From: Paragordius varius
Taxonomy: Eukaryota; Animalia; Nematomorpha
Direction: 5' to 3'
DNA length: 64,000 bases
Assembly: GCA_964247055.1 (NCBI GenBank)
Contig: OZ176052.1
Span: 2,976,001-3,040,000, forward strand
Below are positions 12,658 to 26,322 of the stretch, one piece after another. A program made the translations under genes and the position numbers. Positions within the stretch are counted from its first letter, which is position 1, and each line of letters opens with the position of its first letter. The notes under the pieces were generated by a model, which ran no database searches, had not been told where the DNA came from, and was given only the letters and a program-made list of their open reading frames with translations.

Positions 12658-14571
12658 CTATAAAATTGTGTAAAAAATGTATAGAAATATTTGATTTATA
12701 TGTTTAATTTTTTAAAATACCAGTTTTGGTAGAGGTTTTGATAGAAACCTCCCGATTGTGGGCGATTTAAAAAACACTGAAACCTAATCCGCATATTCCT
12801 AAAAAAATACACATCTTTCACTGAGATACCTTAAAAACACTATACCTATGTTTTATTTAAACCATGAGAACCATTTAAAAATATGGTTATAATTGTAAAA
12901 ACCGAGCTAAATTGTACTTTATAGATTTAGAAAAATGACACATGGTAAACATTAATAACCCCGGCAACTCCAAGGGTATATAAAAACAAAAACGGTGAAC
13001 GTCCTGTTAATTTTTAAATATAACATATAAAGACAATGTTGTAACCCCTTGTCAAACGGGATGTATATAAAAAAACCGATGAATTATTACATATACATAT
13101 GGGAATCTACAATATAATTTAGAAACCGTAACATACAGTATGAATAAGTATATATTGCAAAAAATTTATTAATTATTGCCAAATAGCATATACAAAAAAG
13201 GGCAGTATTATTAGCTTATAGTTGTTTTTTCACTTTTTATTATTATTTTTGAATAATGATTCTCTTTGTTGCATTAGCAATAATTAATAGCTTTCTATAG
13301 CAATATAAACTTATTCCTACTGTAATATAACTTGTGATTCATTTCAAATAAGTAAAGTTTGATTACAAATAAAATTTTAACGAAGATAAACAAAACTTAT
13401 TAAGATAAGTTTAATAAATGTCCTCTTATTAAAATTAAGGGTTCTAAGAATATGCGCTCTATACATTCAACATAATTTGTATCAACCTCTAGAACCAAAA
13501 TTGTGCCACACCATCGATTGCAATTGCGATGCGATTAAAAAAATCTGTGAATAGGAAGATGAACATTTCCAAACCAGGGAAGGCAGAAAAAAGGTACATA
13601 ATTATAATTAATCCAATTATTATAATTAATTTGTTTTTAAAAGTTAAAATTAATTATAATTTCCAAAGATTTTTAAAAAATTCACCAAAGTAATTAAGAA
13701 AAATCGATTGCATTCAAAAGTAAATCTTAGAGCATTCTTTTAATACTAAAACATTACTTGTAAACCAAAATTATAATAATAATATTATTATGCAGACACG
13801 TCTATTTAAACACACAAGAATATGGAAAAGAGAGCCAAAAACCAAAATAACTAACCAAACACACCAAAAAAAGGATCAATACCTAGCTCTCTTACAGCTT
13901 ATTTTATATCATTTACAAATATTTGTATAGCTAGCTATTCTTGTATCAAATTAAACTGTATAGAACAAGAAATCTTTTTTTCATACATATATATATGTTT
14001 GCAGCAAAAGTTTCCAGGTTTCTTTTTTGAAGAGATGAATATCTGTTGTTTGTTATGACATGTCAATATTTATAATTCTTCTGTGATGTTTTTTACATAT
14101 ATTGTTTGTCTTTGATTCCAAAATAAAATTCCCGACCGAACATCACATCAAAACATCGTTTTTTTGTGCAAAAAAAATTTAAAATTCCAGCATCATCATT
14201 CAAAAAAAATTGATAGCGTCATGATGAAAAATTTATCTTTTCCGTTTTTTTTGAATGCTTTTACATCTATAACCATCTAAAATATTAAATAAAGCATTGG
14301 TTACCTCCATGTTAAATTTATTTTTATTATTATTAAAACAAATATTTTTATATTTCTATATTAATAGGTGTTTAATTTAATTTTCATGTTTTTATCGTTT
14401 AAATCGCTCCTTGATAAAAGGACACATCAGAATATTAATTTTCTTTGTGTTTCCGACTTTTATTTTTTGATTTGTTAATTTAAACCATTTTCCGTAAATC
14501 TAAAGATTTTCACCTATAAATAGTCCCACACATATCCTTTCTTAGTCTCTTTGATATAATAACTTTTAAAA

Positions 14572-17500
14572 ATGAATGTAATATTCATTTTTATTTACTT
14601 GGGGAGTCTAATAGTGTTTGGGGTTGGACTTAACACTCTTTTATTGGTGGCCTTGTTACATCGTATAAATAGACAACGGCGAACTGTAATAAGCCTATAC
14701 CTTTCAACTTTATGTTCCCTTAACCTCATGCTAGCCATCATATCTATCATATATTTGGAAACAAATAATACGATCAACAAAAATGTTAGAGCTAATCAAA
14801 ATAATGTTATTCCTGAAAATCCGGAAAAAAACACACAAGTAATACAAAGCATTCCAATAAACTCCTATTGGAAGCAGTCTAACCAATACATTTTTGATAT
14901 TATTCCTATGAGTCTTGATGGAATGACTCAACAATTCCCAACCGCTCCACTACATAATAAAGCCTTTGTAAAGAATAATATACTTATAAATGTGATTGAT
15001 CAAAATGTAGACCGTATATTGAATCAAGGAAACAATGAATCAAATACAATCCCTTTGGGCCATTTGAAAAGCCCTTTGAATAATTATCGATTTCTGAGTA
15101 AAAAAACTAAGCATACAATTACCTGTCGATGGGTCTTGTCGAGTACAATGTTACTGGTTTTCGCCTCTAATTTAATAGTTGTCCCACTTAGCATAGAACG
15201 GTATTGTTTTATATTTAAACTATTAGAAATATTGACTTAGTACCACGGTTATTTTTTTACTAAAAAGACATATAATAATCTTAATACCTTTTTTATACAA
15301 ATTGTTGTCATTAACCGACAGTTTTAAATTTCCAAAATCCACACACCCCGGTAGTTCTCAGAATATATGGTTTCATATAATGTTAAATAATTTAGTTTCG
15401 ACATTAAATTTGATTGGGTGCTGCGCATGGCAGTCCAAAGATTTGTTTAGATTATTAATTATATAAATGGCTTTGAACCCAATTAAAGTTAAGTAAATCC
15501 CTATAAAATATAATTTATATTTGAAAATTAATTAATTTGACCCGTAATTATTTTTATTCAAAATAATATTTTTGTCTTGTTGATTATGTCTTAATTGCTC
15601 AAATAAAAAAAAATCATATGATAAGTTGTTCAAAATTAAGATATTTACAAATATCTAAAAAGGGTAAAAAACTTTCTATCTTCTGCCATTAAAGTTACAG
15701 GGTCACAAATTTTTTCACATTTTTTATATTAGTTCGTATAGGAAATGGCATTTTTTACAGTTTTGTTCTCTTAGTAATTTTGTTTTTGTCATTAGTATTG
15801 AAAAATATCCTGTATTTAAAAAGGTTTTTTCCAAGATTGTGTTAACACACATAACAAGAGGAAAAAAAGGAACATTAATTGGAAACAAGGTTTGATATTT
15901 GACCTAAGGCATCTAAGAAAACAGTTAAACCACTTCAAAAGGCTTCTGTGTTAAATACCACAATTTTTTAAGACAAATCTCAGGGTATAACCGTTAATTA
16001 ATTATTTTCCAATTAGATGTGTTGTTCTAAATACCGCCTCCATGTTTAAAGAAATATAAAAAAAATTTTTAAATTTTAGTTAGAGCTTTTTTTCCATAAA
16101 ATAATTAGTATTCGATGGATGTTAAAGTGTATATTACTTGATATCTAATTACAGTAGTATTTATACGTCATAAAAGTCGTCACCTAATTTTTAAATAAAA
16201 ATAAAAAAAATTATATTGGAAAATTAAGTTTAATAACCAAATTTGGATATATAACTAGCTTTGATTTCCCTAAAATTAGTTGGAAAAAGATATTAATATT
16301 TATCAATTAGCCTGTATTTAGTTTAGTAGATACCCAAAATTAACTATGGTATAACCTATGTATCTAAGTTATATAAATTATTAATGTATTAAGTAATTTA
16401 CACAGGATTCTATTATAAATTATCGAATGTATGTAATTTGGCTAAATTTACGCCTAAAATATGATGTAGGATTCATACTTATTAATGATTTTATATATGG
16501 GGCAAAAAAATATTTTTGCAAAAAGTTCAGAGGCAATGTACCTACCTACCTACCTATCTATTTACAAATATCAGAATATAATTATTTTTAATGGTTATTC
16601 TACTACAGTAAAATAAATCCTCTTATGCGAATTATTTCTAATTTATAAAAATATTAATAATAATTAAAATGGGATGTTTTGGGCAATAAACACTAGGAAA
16701 CATTTAGCACTTAGCCTATTAATTATCTTGTAATTTAGTTAAAAGCTTTTTTGTCTTGTTTACAGTAGGTGGTGAGTCCACAGATAATAGATTTTGTGTA
16801 ATTTTAAGTTGCCAACCTAAGATTTGAGTAAAGATATAATCTTAAATAAAATATAAATCAAACTTGCCGAAAATTGGTCAAAATTAAAAACACTAATGAT
16901 AGATGGCTTTAATTATATCAATTTTTAAGTGTAGATTTCGTTCACGAAAAATGGGGTTTTACGCACAAAGAAATGCAAAAACCTATGCACGAAAAATATC
17001 TGTTATAACTATTTTGGTTTTAACTTTGTAATTGTAGCAGGCCAGGTTTTATAATTTAGAATATTAGACAAAAAGTTACGATACCCAATTAACTTGAATA
17101 AAATTTGATAAAAATAACTATTCGTTTTAACTATATTTTGACATCAAATTATGGCAGTATAATATGCTAAAACTTTTGCTAACAATATCTAAATTTGTTA
17201 ATTTTTCTATTTTATTTTGTTCTTCTTGAGTTTTTTGGATGTTGTAACATATGTCCAAGTATTTTAAATTATTGTATATATTATATTTCAGATGGCACCT
17301 ATATCCATAATTTTGGTGGTATTTAGAATGCTCTCTTAGAATAATTCCACTAAATGGGCATGGCTTTAATCTTTGACAAGAATTACAATATTTAATATCG
17401 TATAGTGGGTAGGGCGTTAGACTCGTTTACTGCGTGCCAAAGTTTAACCCCTGAACTACGCAAACAATGTTTTCATCATCACTGTCAGCCCTGGGCAGGC

Positions 17501-20500
17501 GAGTGTTTAAAGCCTTCACATGTCCGAATACAAATTAAGTCCTTACCCTTTAATGAAAAAAAAGGAAAAAAGAGATTTTAAACTATATATATAGATGATG
17601 AATATATTGTGGACACGATTTGAGTTAGTTTGATGACATGTTAAGAAAAACAGCCCATAAAATGAGATTACTTTTAGTTTATAAGCTTATGGTAAATTTT
17701 TATAATTACAATTTGCATATTTAACCATAACCTAACTCTAGTTTTAATAGAACTCAGGTCTGATATTTGCACTCAAATTATATCAATATGAGATAAGCAA
17801 AAAATTATGCTAGAAAGTTTTCTATTTATACAATTCTATAGACAGATATCGTTGATGAAATATTTAGAACATTATTAACTAATTTACAAATAATTATAAG
17901 GTATGTAATTACTCTCCAATTTTCGTACATTTACGTCAATCCTATTATACTAGTTTCTATACGTAATTAACTATATCGTGTATTTCATTGAACCATCCTC
18001 CTAAACAATTTTTATAATTGATGTTATGTTAACTTAATATTTTATTATTGATTTTCAGTCTAAAATTGGCCATTTTTATTCTTAAAATAGATTTATTTAA
18101 TGACAACATGGTTAAATTTAAACATAGCAAACAGTTAAAAATAATTTCCGGTTGTTGGCATAAATTAAAATTTAATTTATTTTTTATGCAAATGAATACA
18201 TTTTCTTGACTCTAAATGTAATAAATATATATAAAATTTGTCTTTTTATATAAATTTATTTTATTGTTATGAACGTAACTTTGTCTGTGTTGGGATTTTC
18301 CTGCTCATAAACATTTGAAATAAACCGACATCTCTCAAAAATTAATAAATTTTTATTTTTATTTAATTGATGATGCATAGTTATTTTTTTATATAATATA
18401 AAAATGTTTCTGCTAAAGTTTTTATACCATATATCTTATATTTAATTATTTTGGTTTATTACAATATTACAACTATAATGAATAAATTTTATACCAGCTA
18501 CTAAAAATTTGTATTTTTTTATTTAATTATAAACTGATAATAGGATCCAATAAAGTTTTTTTGAAAAACAAGAGTATTTGAGTGTGAATTTTTATTATTT
18601 CTAACATCAAATTTTCTAAAAAAAACTTTTTATTCAAGGATTAATATATAATAATTTCAAAATAAATATATTTTTTAGACATTGGATAAGTAGCTACCAA
18701 AGGTTGGGTGTGCAGTCACAAATGCGAATTTATGTTAATGGCACATTAACTAGTTTTAAACATAATACTCTTTAATGCAACAAATTAATGTAAATAATTT
18801 TTATTTTTATTTGTTAGTTAAATGTCATTCTATCACATTAAAGTAATTTAATTAATTAAATTCGCATATACTTTGTTAATTTATTATGATTTATGAGCAG
18901 TCTTTTTGACCGGTCGAAAACTTAACCTCCAGTATAACATACGTACAATGTCTTTAGAAAATGTTTTGGGAGTTACAGTGAGAATGGTGATAAAAAAATT
19001 TATTTTTTATCCAAATATTTTATTATAAAAAAAATTTCAAAGCAAATAATATTTTTTGCTGTATATAAAGCCATTAATATAATTGCGTTATGAAATGGGG
19101 AAACCCCTTTTAGGCACAAAACGGAAATTTTAGCTTATAGGTATTGGTAAATGTACATTTTAATTACTTTTATATCAAATAATCTTTATATCTCCAAACA
19201 ATATTTAGATATGTAGCCATAGTATATCCCTTCTTCAGTTTCAAAAAGAGTTGTAAAAAACGGGCCCTCAAATTAATTGTTCTGTTTCTTACAATATCCG
19301 TATCTCTAGCCATTCCATACATTCTGAAAACTCATGCGTATGAAATACCATCAATAACATTATTAGATAGTAATAATAATCTTTTTGCACAAAAATATTA
19401 TGAATTCAAAACTAATCCTGAGCAACTTTTACAAAAAGAGAATGTCAAATATATTCTTGGAGAAACTAATCGAAATAGAACCATAGCAGTATATTTTGCC
19501 AATTGGAAACAAGAAATTTCAGTTAGAAATCATCCTACAACAAAATCATTAAATAATGATATGATAGAAGTCGAAAAACAACAAGACTTCCCTACTTCAA
19601 CCATGATTTATTGTTCTAATGTATGGTCAATCCATGTACATTATATCATCTTTTTAACTGTAATCTATATCGCTGTGTTTGGCCTACCAATCATGATTAA
19701 GGCTTACACTGGTTTACGTATCTTACGTGTCTTGATACATCGTAAAAAATTACGTATGCAAGTTCAAGTCCACCATCCTCAACAAGAAAAACGATCAAGG
19801 AACAACAAAAATAAAAGACAATGTAAAAAGATAAATAATAATGCTAGAAACCATGACATTATAATTTCTAATGGAAAACACAATGGTATTATAGTTTCTA
19901 ATAGAAATGTTGTTGGATTAAGAAAAAAGGGGTGTAATATTTTGACTTGTCTATTTGTTAACAAAGTTGATAAATCACAGGCAATTAAGAATACACATCT
20001 AGTACCTACATGTAAAATGGTCGGTATTAGAGAGATGTTTACAAAAATATTTTTTAAAGATAATAATAATAAAGAAAATCATAGAACGAAGCATGGAACG
20101 GATTATATTGCAACGAAGTCAGAAGAATATAACACTCCAGGAATAATCTATCAGGGCCCAAACAAATTTAATTTTTTTAATCCGCTTCTTATTTGGCTAA
20201 GATTGCGGGGTCGAATGTTTCAGCGTAAAAGAAACCAAAAGCTTGTAAAAAATGTTACTACTGACCGCGAAACTGATAAAAAACGTTTTAACTTTGGACA
20301 TATCCTAGGCAGTTCAACAATGTATTCGACTACATCTTCATCCATATCTGGTCGATCGATATTGTTGCTATCATCCTACAATAAGAAAAAGACTAATGCC
20401 ATTGGAAAAAATAAATATTGTTCGACCACCTCATCGTCAAATTTCGTGTCCACGTCTGCGACAGGCACAACCAATTTTTCGTCTGCTAGAACTGTCCCCT

Positions 20501-21495
20501 CGTCAATAGTTTTAGACTCGGATGTTTTTGATGAAACAACCTCTAACGGCTTTCAAACCACCAAACAAATAACTCGATCAAACCATAACTGTAGTAAAAA
20601 GTTACAAGTAGAACCAACACAAGATGTCATATATGAAGCACCGTCGGTGGAAGGTGGAATACAAATTGTGATAAATGAAGAGATCTCCATAATATCTGCT
20701 GTCGAAAGCCCTCCTAACATTCGATTGGCTTCAGACTTAGCTATGTCAGACACTCTGACAATACCAATGTTAAAATCAAATACAGATATAAAGTCTAATA
20801 AAACAGATGGTCCTTTAAGTGCTGTGATTCAAACAAACCCTACTTTCCCAAACGTACAATACCTGTCCATAACTATGAATGCACACAGTAACAAAAAGGA
20901 TAATCTTTGCCCATCTCAACGTAGCTCCATATCAGAGGTTGAAAGAAAGAGTGTGGATACCCTGTCTTTACTTACAGATTTATCAAGCATAAATGACATA
21001 AATGGAACAAATAATAATAGGAATGTTATCGCTATTGATACAAGTAAAATACCACTGTTATCTGACCCTCATCAGCCTACCGTCACAGAGAATCATAACA
21101 TAGATAAAAATGATCAAAAAGATTCAAACTTATATTTGCATAAACGGTTAAAAACTGGTAGAGAATTTCAACGACACGTAACAGTCCCCAAAAAACGGAT
21201 TAAACATCAAACGATGTCAACTATAATTTTAATACATTTTATCGCTACCGTACCGCACTTAATTTTGAATGGGATAATGTTATACGTGCTTATAATGGAG
21301 TATATCACAACAAGTCATCCCATGAACGGCCTAAGAAATGAAAATTCTATTTTCCGTAACTTATATTACCTCATTAAAATGGGCGCAATAATTGATCCCA
21401 TTACGATTGTTATTACACGAAGGGGCTTAAAAATGGCCATAAATCGGATTATCTATAAAATGTTTTGTAAATTATGTAGAATATTTAAAAAATAA
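14572..21495 (+). CDS. Rhodopsin-like (class A) orphan GPCR, 971 aa; exons 14572..15200 and 19209..21495
   Basis: The phase-2 GT-AG intron 15201..19208 joins SIER to YVAIVYP. The frame is open from 19209 into the 644-aa ORF. Seven hydrophobic segments, a TM3 Cys (TCRW), an ECL2 Cys (IYCS), TM7 DP and a Cys-containing helix 8 are present. Confidence 0.88.
17396..17572 (+). mobile_element. Possible tRNA-derived SINE relic in the GPCR intron
   Basis: A-box-like TAGTGGGTAGGGCG and degenerate B-box-like AGTTTAACCCC, a GC-richer body and an A-rich 3' end; single copy in the window. Confidence 0.35.
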
Positions 21496-24225
21496 AACAA
21501 ATAAATAATATTCTATTTTGTATGGAAATGGACTTTTAATTTATTTTGTTATATTTTAATTAATAAAATATTTTTCTTTGACATTTCATCACTTTTTTGG
21601 GTAGTTTTTACTGAAACTATTTTAAATTTAAATATCTTAAAGGTAATTAAAATAGGCCGATTTTAAAAGTATTCTTTCTTGGCCTTTTAATACAAATTTT
21701 TTTTAGAAAACTAAAATGTTAATTTTTTCGTCGCCATTTTTATTCTATAAATTTTTCAAATTAGTGTAGGCAAATAAATGTAGATTATAGTTAAAAATGT
21801 AATAATATTGTTGTGTTTTACAGCAAATTATAAATAAGCTGTTTAGTTCAATCGTGTTTTGGAGCCGTTCCAATTTCAGACTTTAGAAGTCGCAAAATTG
21901 TAAAAATATAAGCTTTTTATTTTGATAAATGTATCTTAACCCAAATAACTTTTAAAACGGTAGTTTATTTACAAGATTGAGCTCTGGAAAATATAAAACA
22001 ACCCAAACTTGTAATCGCGGAGAAAAAAGTGAAAAGGTCATAAAGTGTTAAAAAAAGTAACGTTTTCATATTAGATAAATTTAAAAATAGCATGTTAATT
22101 ATAACAGCAAAATCAATAATTTACTACTTAAATTTGTTGAATATAAAACATAATGTTGTTAGTTAATAATATTATTATCTAATTTAATTGGTTAATTGAT
22201 AAGCTATTTAATTTTAAAATACAATTATCATTAGCCGTGCCATGCCACGCCACCCTAAGACTCGGTCGAAACATAATATACTTTGATATGCAAACAAAAC
22301 TCTACCAAACATTTATAAATATTTAAAATTTTAATATCTCAGTGGGTGATATTTCTATCCCAAAATTAATATAAGGAACTAACAAATTAAGTCAATAATA
22401 TGAATCAAAATCCTAGACTGATTATAAATAGGTAAAATATACAAAGTTGTGAGAAAATTGCATCAAAGCCAACATTTTACTTATTTATAAAAAATATAGA
22501 TAATTATATTGGTAAAAAAGAACGTCTGAAAAAAAATTATTAAAAATCAGGATATTATGAAAGATTTTAGGATTTATACCGATTCTTAAAACCATATGCG
22601 GAAGAACATATATTTTTGCGACTGACGTGGATATATTTTTTAAGAAAAAAATGATGTGCATGGGTTAGGTCTAATAGTAGGCGATACTTTTGAAGACTAT
22701 GATCGGCACATTAATTAAGGACATAAGAGGGCTATTTAATTTTAATGCGTTTTTAATAGAAAAAAGTCCATATTTGTTTATAAATTTTATATGAAATTGA
22801 GCTCCATGCCTAACTTAAAAAGGAGTTTAACTATGATTTAGTTTTATAAACAAATGTCTCATATCATTTAATTAATATGGCCTCCTAAGTGTCCAGAAAA
22901 ATTGCTCAGATAAAATTTTTGGGGACTTGGTTTTTTGCGACAGCTGATTTGTAAACATAGCGAATTTAATAAACTGTGTCAATCATAATCGGTGCGTTCA
23001 GAAATATAAAATAAAATTATGTATTTTGTATGGACTTCCGTTTTCCAAAAGGTTCAAAGACACACAATTAGACTAGCATTTTTATTCAAATCTCTATCTT
23101 TCTAAAAATTGGGCGTAACACAGAATTTATATTTACAAAATGGCTCGACTATGCTGGAAGCATTTATAAATCAAAAATAAATAGCCATTATTTGAATGAG
23201 TTAGGTTGCTGAAATGCCTTAAAATAAATTTTTAGATATCACGTAGCACAGGATATCATTTAAACTGGTTTAGGGGGCCATCAAATTTGATAATTGTAAA
23301 TAATTATAAATATTATGATTAAAAAATAAGGGTTAACATATTTATGTTCAAAATATATTTGTATCAAGTTGGTGTTCAACCTTTTATATTCGTTAAATTT
23401 GGCTCCAAAATACGTATTGTTAATCAAGATTTGGAAAAAGCATTATTTGTTCTATTTTTAACTCGTGTTAATAGTCATTAAAACTAATTAAGGAGGATAA
23501 TATACTAATATTAATATCTAAATCGTAAACAAAATTTATTTTTATCTTACAATCTTAGAGGAGATTGACATTTGAGGGTTCATTCGTCAATATTACTAAA
23601 TATACTTTGATATTAATTTTATTAAGATCTTTCAATTAAATAATTAATATTGTATTTTATCCATTTACATTATTTTCTTATGTTTTAATAAGTAAAACAA
23701 ACAAATAATTTTGCGCCAAAAGCAAAAATCATTTTTTACGTATAAAATACACCTATTTTTATCTTTAAAAAATAATATAAAAGCGCCCTCTATAATTATT
23801 TAATATTCAAAATGATTGAAAAATAAAATATATTTTAGGAATATATTATATGTTTACAGGTTATAAAATTATAGGAACTTAGGTCAATGTTAAATTATTT
23901 TACGAAAGCTAATCTATTTGCAAATTTGTATTTACCACCAACTCTACGTAAAATGTTATAAATTGTTATATATATTAGGAGTTTTCTAATGTATATTAAC
24001 TCAGGTTCTTTGCATAACGTATAAATCTTTCGCCTTTTACTAAAGATTTCCGTGCATAGAACCAGTTATGAGTCATAAATCCATTTTTGGTAAATTTTTC
24101 TATCCTCTTTGAGGACTTCACAAACCAATAATATAAACCTAAATTTAGTACCAAAATAATCTTAACCAAGGACTCTATGTAAATACTATTGTAAATTGTC
24201 TTGTCATAATTTATGGATTCTCACT

Positions 24226-24810
24226 CAGGGATGTCCAACACAAATGACTTCATGGGCCGCATTTGCAAATATTTTATTAGATTTTAAACATAAGACTTAA
24301 AAAACTACAATTTATAATATGTATTATAATGGTTACTAATTTCACACTATGGTTGGAAAATTTGCATCACGGGAGTGTATGGAAAAAAGAAAGGAAATGC
24401 TTGTTTATTCAACATTTTGATGTTTTTTTCATACACTATTGTGTTGCAAATTGCCGACTATAGTGTGAAATAGCAACCATTAAAATTTTTGCTAATTCAT
24501 TGCCAAAATTCGAAAAAAGAACACAACCCTATTTAGATTATGTAAAATTTTATTGAGATTTCCCGCGGGCAGCTAAAATATATTGGAGAGACGCATGCAG
24601 CCCGTATGTTGATTCTATATTCTAAAACAAAGATTACAACAAATATTTCGCAGGCTGCTTTGATAATTTTTGTTATTATTTATTTATTTTAGGTTCAATT
24701 TTGGATGATATATTTTCTAAAACATCGTAAATTTTTGATTAATCAATTTTTTATTTTTTTCATTTTTAGAGCAGTTTTGCGGATCGAACAAAGCATGTCG
24801 GACACCCCTG
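24226..24810. mobile_element. hAT-like non-autonomous element carrying a nested R5 MITE
   Basis: Terminal inverted repeat CAGGGATGTCC...GGACACCCCTG, with subterminal GGGCCGCA/GCGGGC motifs; the 8-bp flanks do not match. Confidence 0.6.
24327..24486. mobile_element. R5 MITE, degenerate copy nested in the hAT-like element
   Basis: ATGGTT..ATTTCACACTAT...GTGTATGGAAAA...CATACACT..TGTTGCAAATT...ACTATAGTGTGAAATAGCAACCATTAAAA matches 61459..61640. Confidence 0.7.
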
Positions 24811-25317
24811 TTTAAATGGTACAATTTTCAATAGTGATCTAATAACTCACAGCCAATTAACCATTTATAACGATGATTATTAAATATTGTTTTACTCTAG
24901 TGTAAGCGCTACTTTTTACTCAAAACGATTTTAATAACGTCCAATATATATACCCGATAAAGTAATATGGTGGCTGTTGATATTTAAGTGAAATGAATTT
25001 GATACCATATGATTAAACCTATAAAATTGTTTTTAACCAAACATGTACCCCAATTCCTTAAAAAAACAATGACAAAAACTATTATGGAATTAGCTCGGTT
25101 AAATATTGGTCTTAAGTATGTTTTTGAACGGTAAAACGGTCTTTATAAGCCATTGACCACTATAAATTTATTATCTGATAGCAAACGTATAAATGCGTTA
25201 TCTTAAGCATTTTACATCTCTAAATTATTTCCTGATCTATTCCATTAAATAATAAATCCAATGATAATATCGACAGGCTGCGAGTAATAACTTTTTAATA
25301 AAATAAAATTTTATATA

Positions 25318-25476
25318 CAGTAGCGTATGGCATAAAAAATTATTAGTCCATAAAAGAATAAAAAAATGTTTTTTTTAAAAAGCAAGCCTCAATATACACA
25401 TATCCATAATATCCCCTTGTTTATTAAAAAAACATTTTTTTTCTATGGACTAATATTGTTATGCCATACGCTACTG
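25318..25476. mobile_element. Tc1/mariner-type MITE family R4, copy 1
   Basis: Long TIR CAGTAGCGTATGGCATAA...TTATGCCATACGCTACTG flanked by TA; second copy at 44637. Confidence 0.88.
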
Positions 25477-25714
25477 TATATACTATTTAGAGCTTATTAT
25501 AGATATAAACCACATGTTTTGATTAAAATCTATAACTGACACAACATATTTGTTTTTCAAACCCTTCACATCTGCTTTGTATGTCATAAATAGGGATATC
25601 GTAATTTAAACAAAGGAAAAGCGAAAAATCTTCCGAGTAATGTTAATTAGGACAAGAAATATAGGTAACAAAAACTATTTTGTTTTATAAATTTGAAAAA
25701 AAATATTTATTAAG

Positions 25715-26085
25715 CTATTGTGTAACATTGATTTGAGTGCTAAGTTCTGCATTTTTACGCATTTGAATGTCTTCTTTAACCAATTGATGAAGACCAATTA
25801 ACTTCTCTTCTATTACTTTCATTATATCTTTATGATCGTTTTGTAACCCTGTAATAATTAATAAATTAACTTATTATAGAGTTTCGTATATGGCGAACTG
25901 AATAGACATCTATGTCTGAGCGGGGAAATCCATTTTCATCAAGAACTGATTCATGTAAATCGGTATTATTCTAAAATAAAACTTTTGTTTACAGATTTTA
26001 ATTCAAAATCTAAGCCTTTTAATTCTTTTTCCATTTCATCCCTTTTTTGTATAAGAGACTTGAGCTCCTCTTGCGCCGCTTCCAT
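25715..26085 (-). CDS. PSMD9: 26S proteasome assembly chaperone PSMD9/p27/Nas2-like, N-terminal domain only (108 aa); exons 26085..25993, 25970..25871, 25848..25715
   Basis: The spliced product MEAAQEELKSLIQKRDEMEKELKGLDFELKS/NNTDLHESVLDENGFPRSDIDVYSVRHIRNSII/RLQNDHKDIMKVIEEKLIGLHQL carries the Nas2_N signature (GFPRSDID.Y.VR, LQNDH). Both introns are 22-nt GT-AG. The 3' end is less certain. Confidence 0.88.
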
Positions 26086-26322
26086 ATGCTACCGAATTCA
26101 AAAATGTATTTTTTGGACAATTTATGAATAAATTAACACTTTGATTCAAATTGGGGTAAATTGATACCCGAGACTAAATTTAATTAATATTATTAAAAAT
26201 CAACTGAAGAAAACCGTCTTAATTAAAATTTTGCTTCTATCCTAATAAAAATTGTATATAAATAAGCCAAAATATATAAATAAAATTATGTTTTGAAAAA
26301 TAAATCTATGTCAGACCACTTC

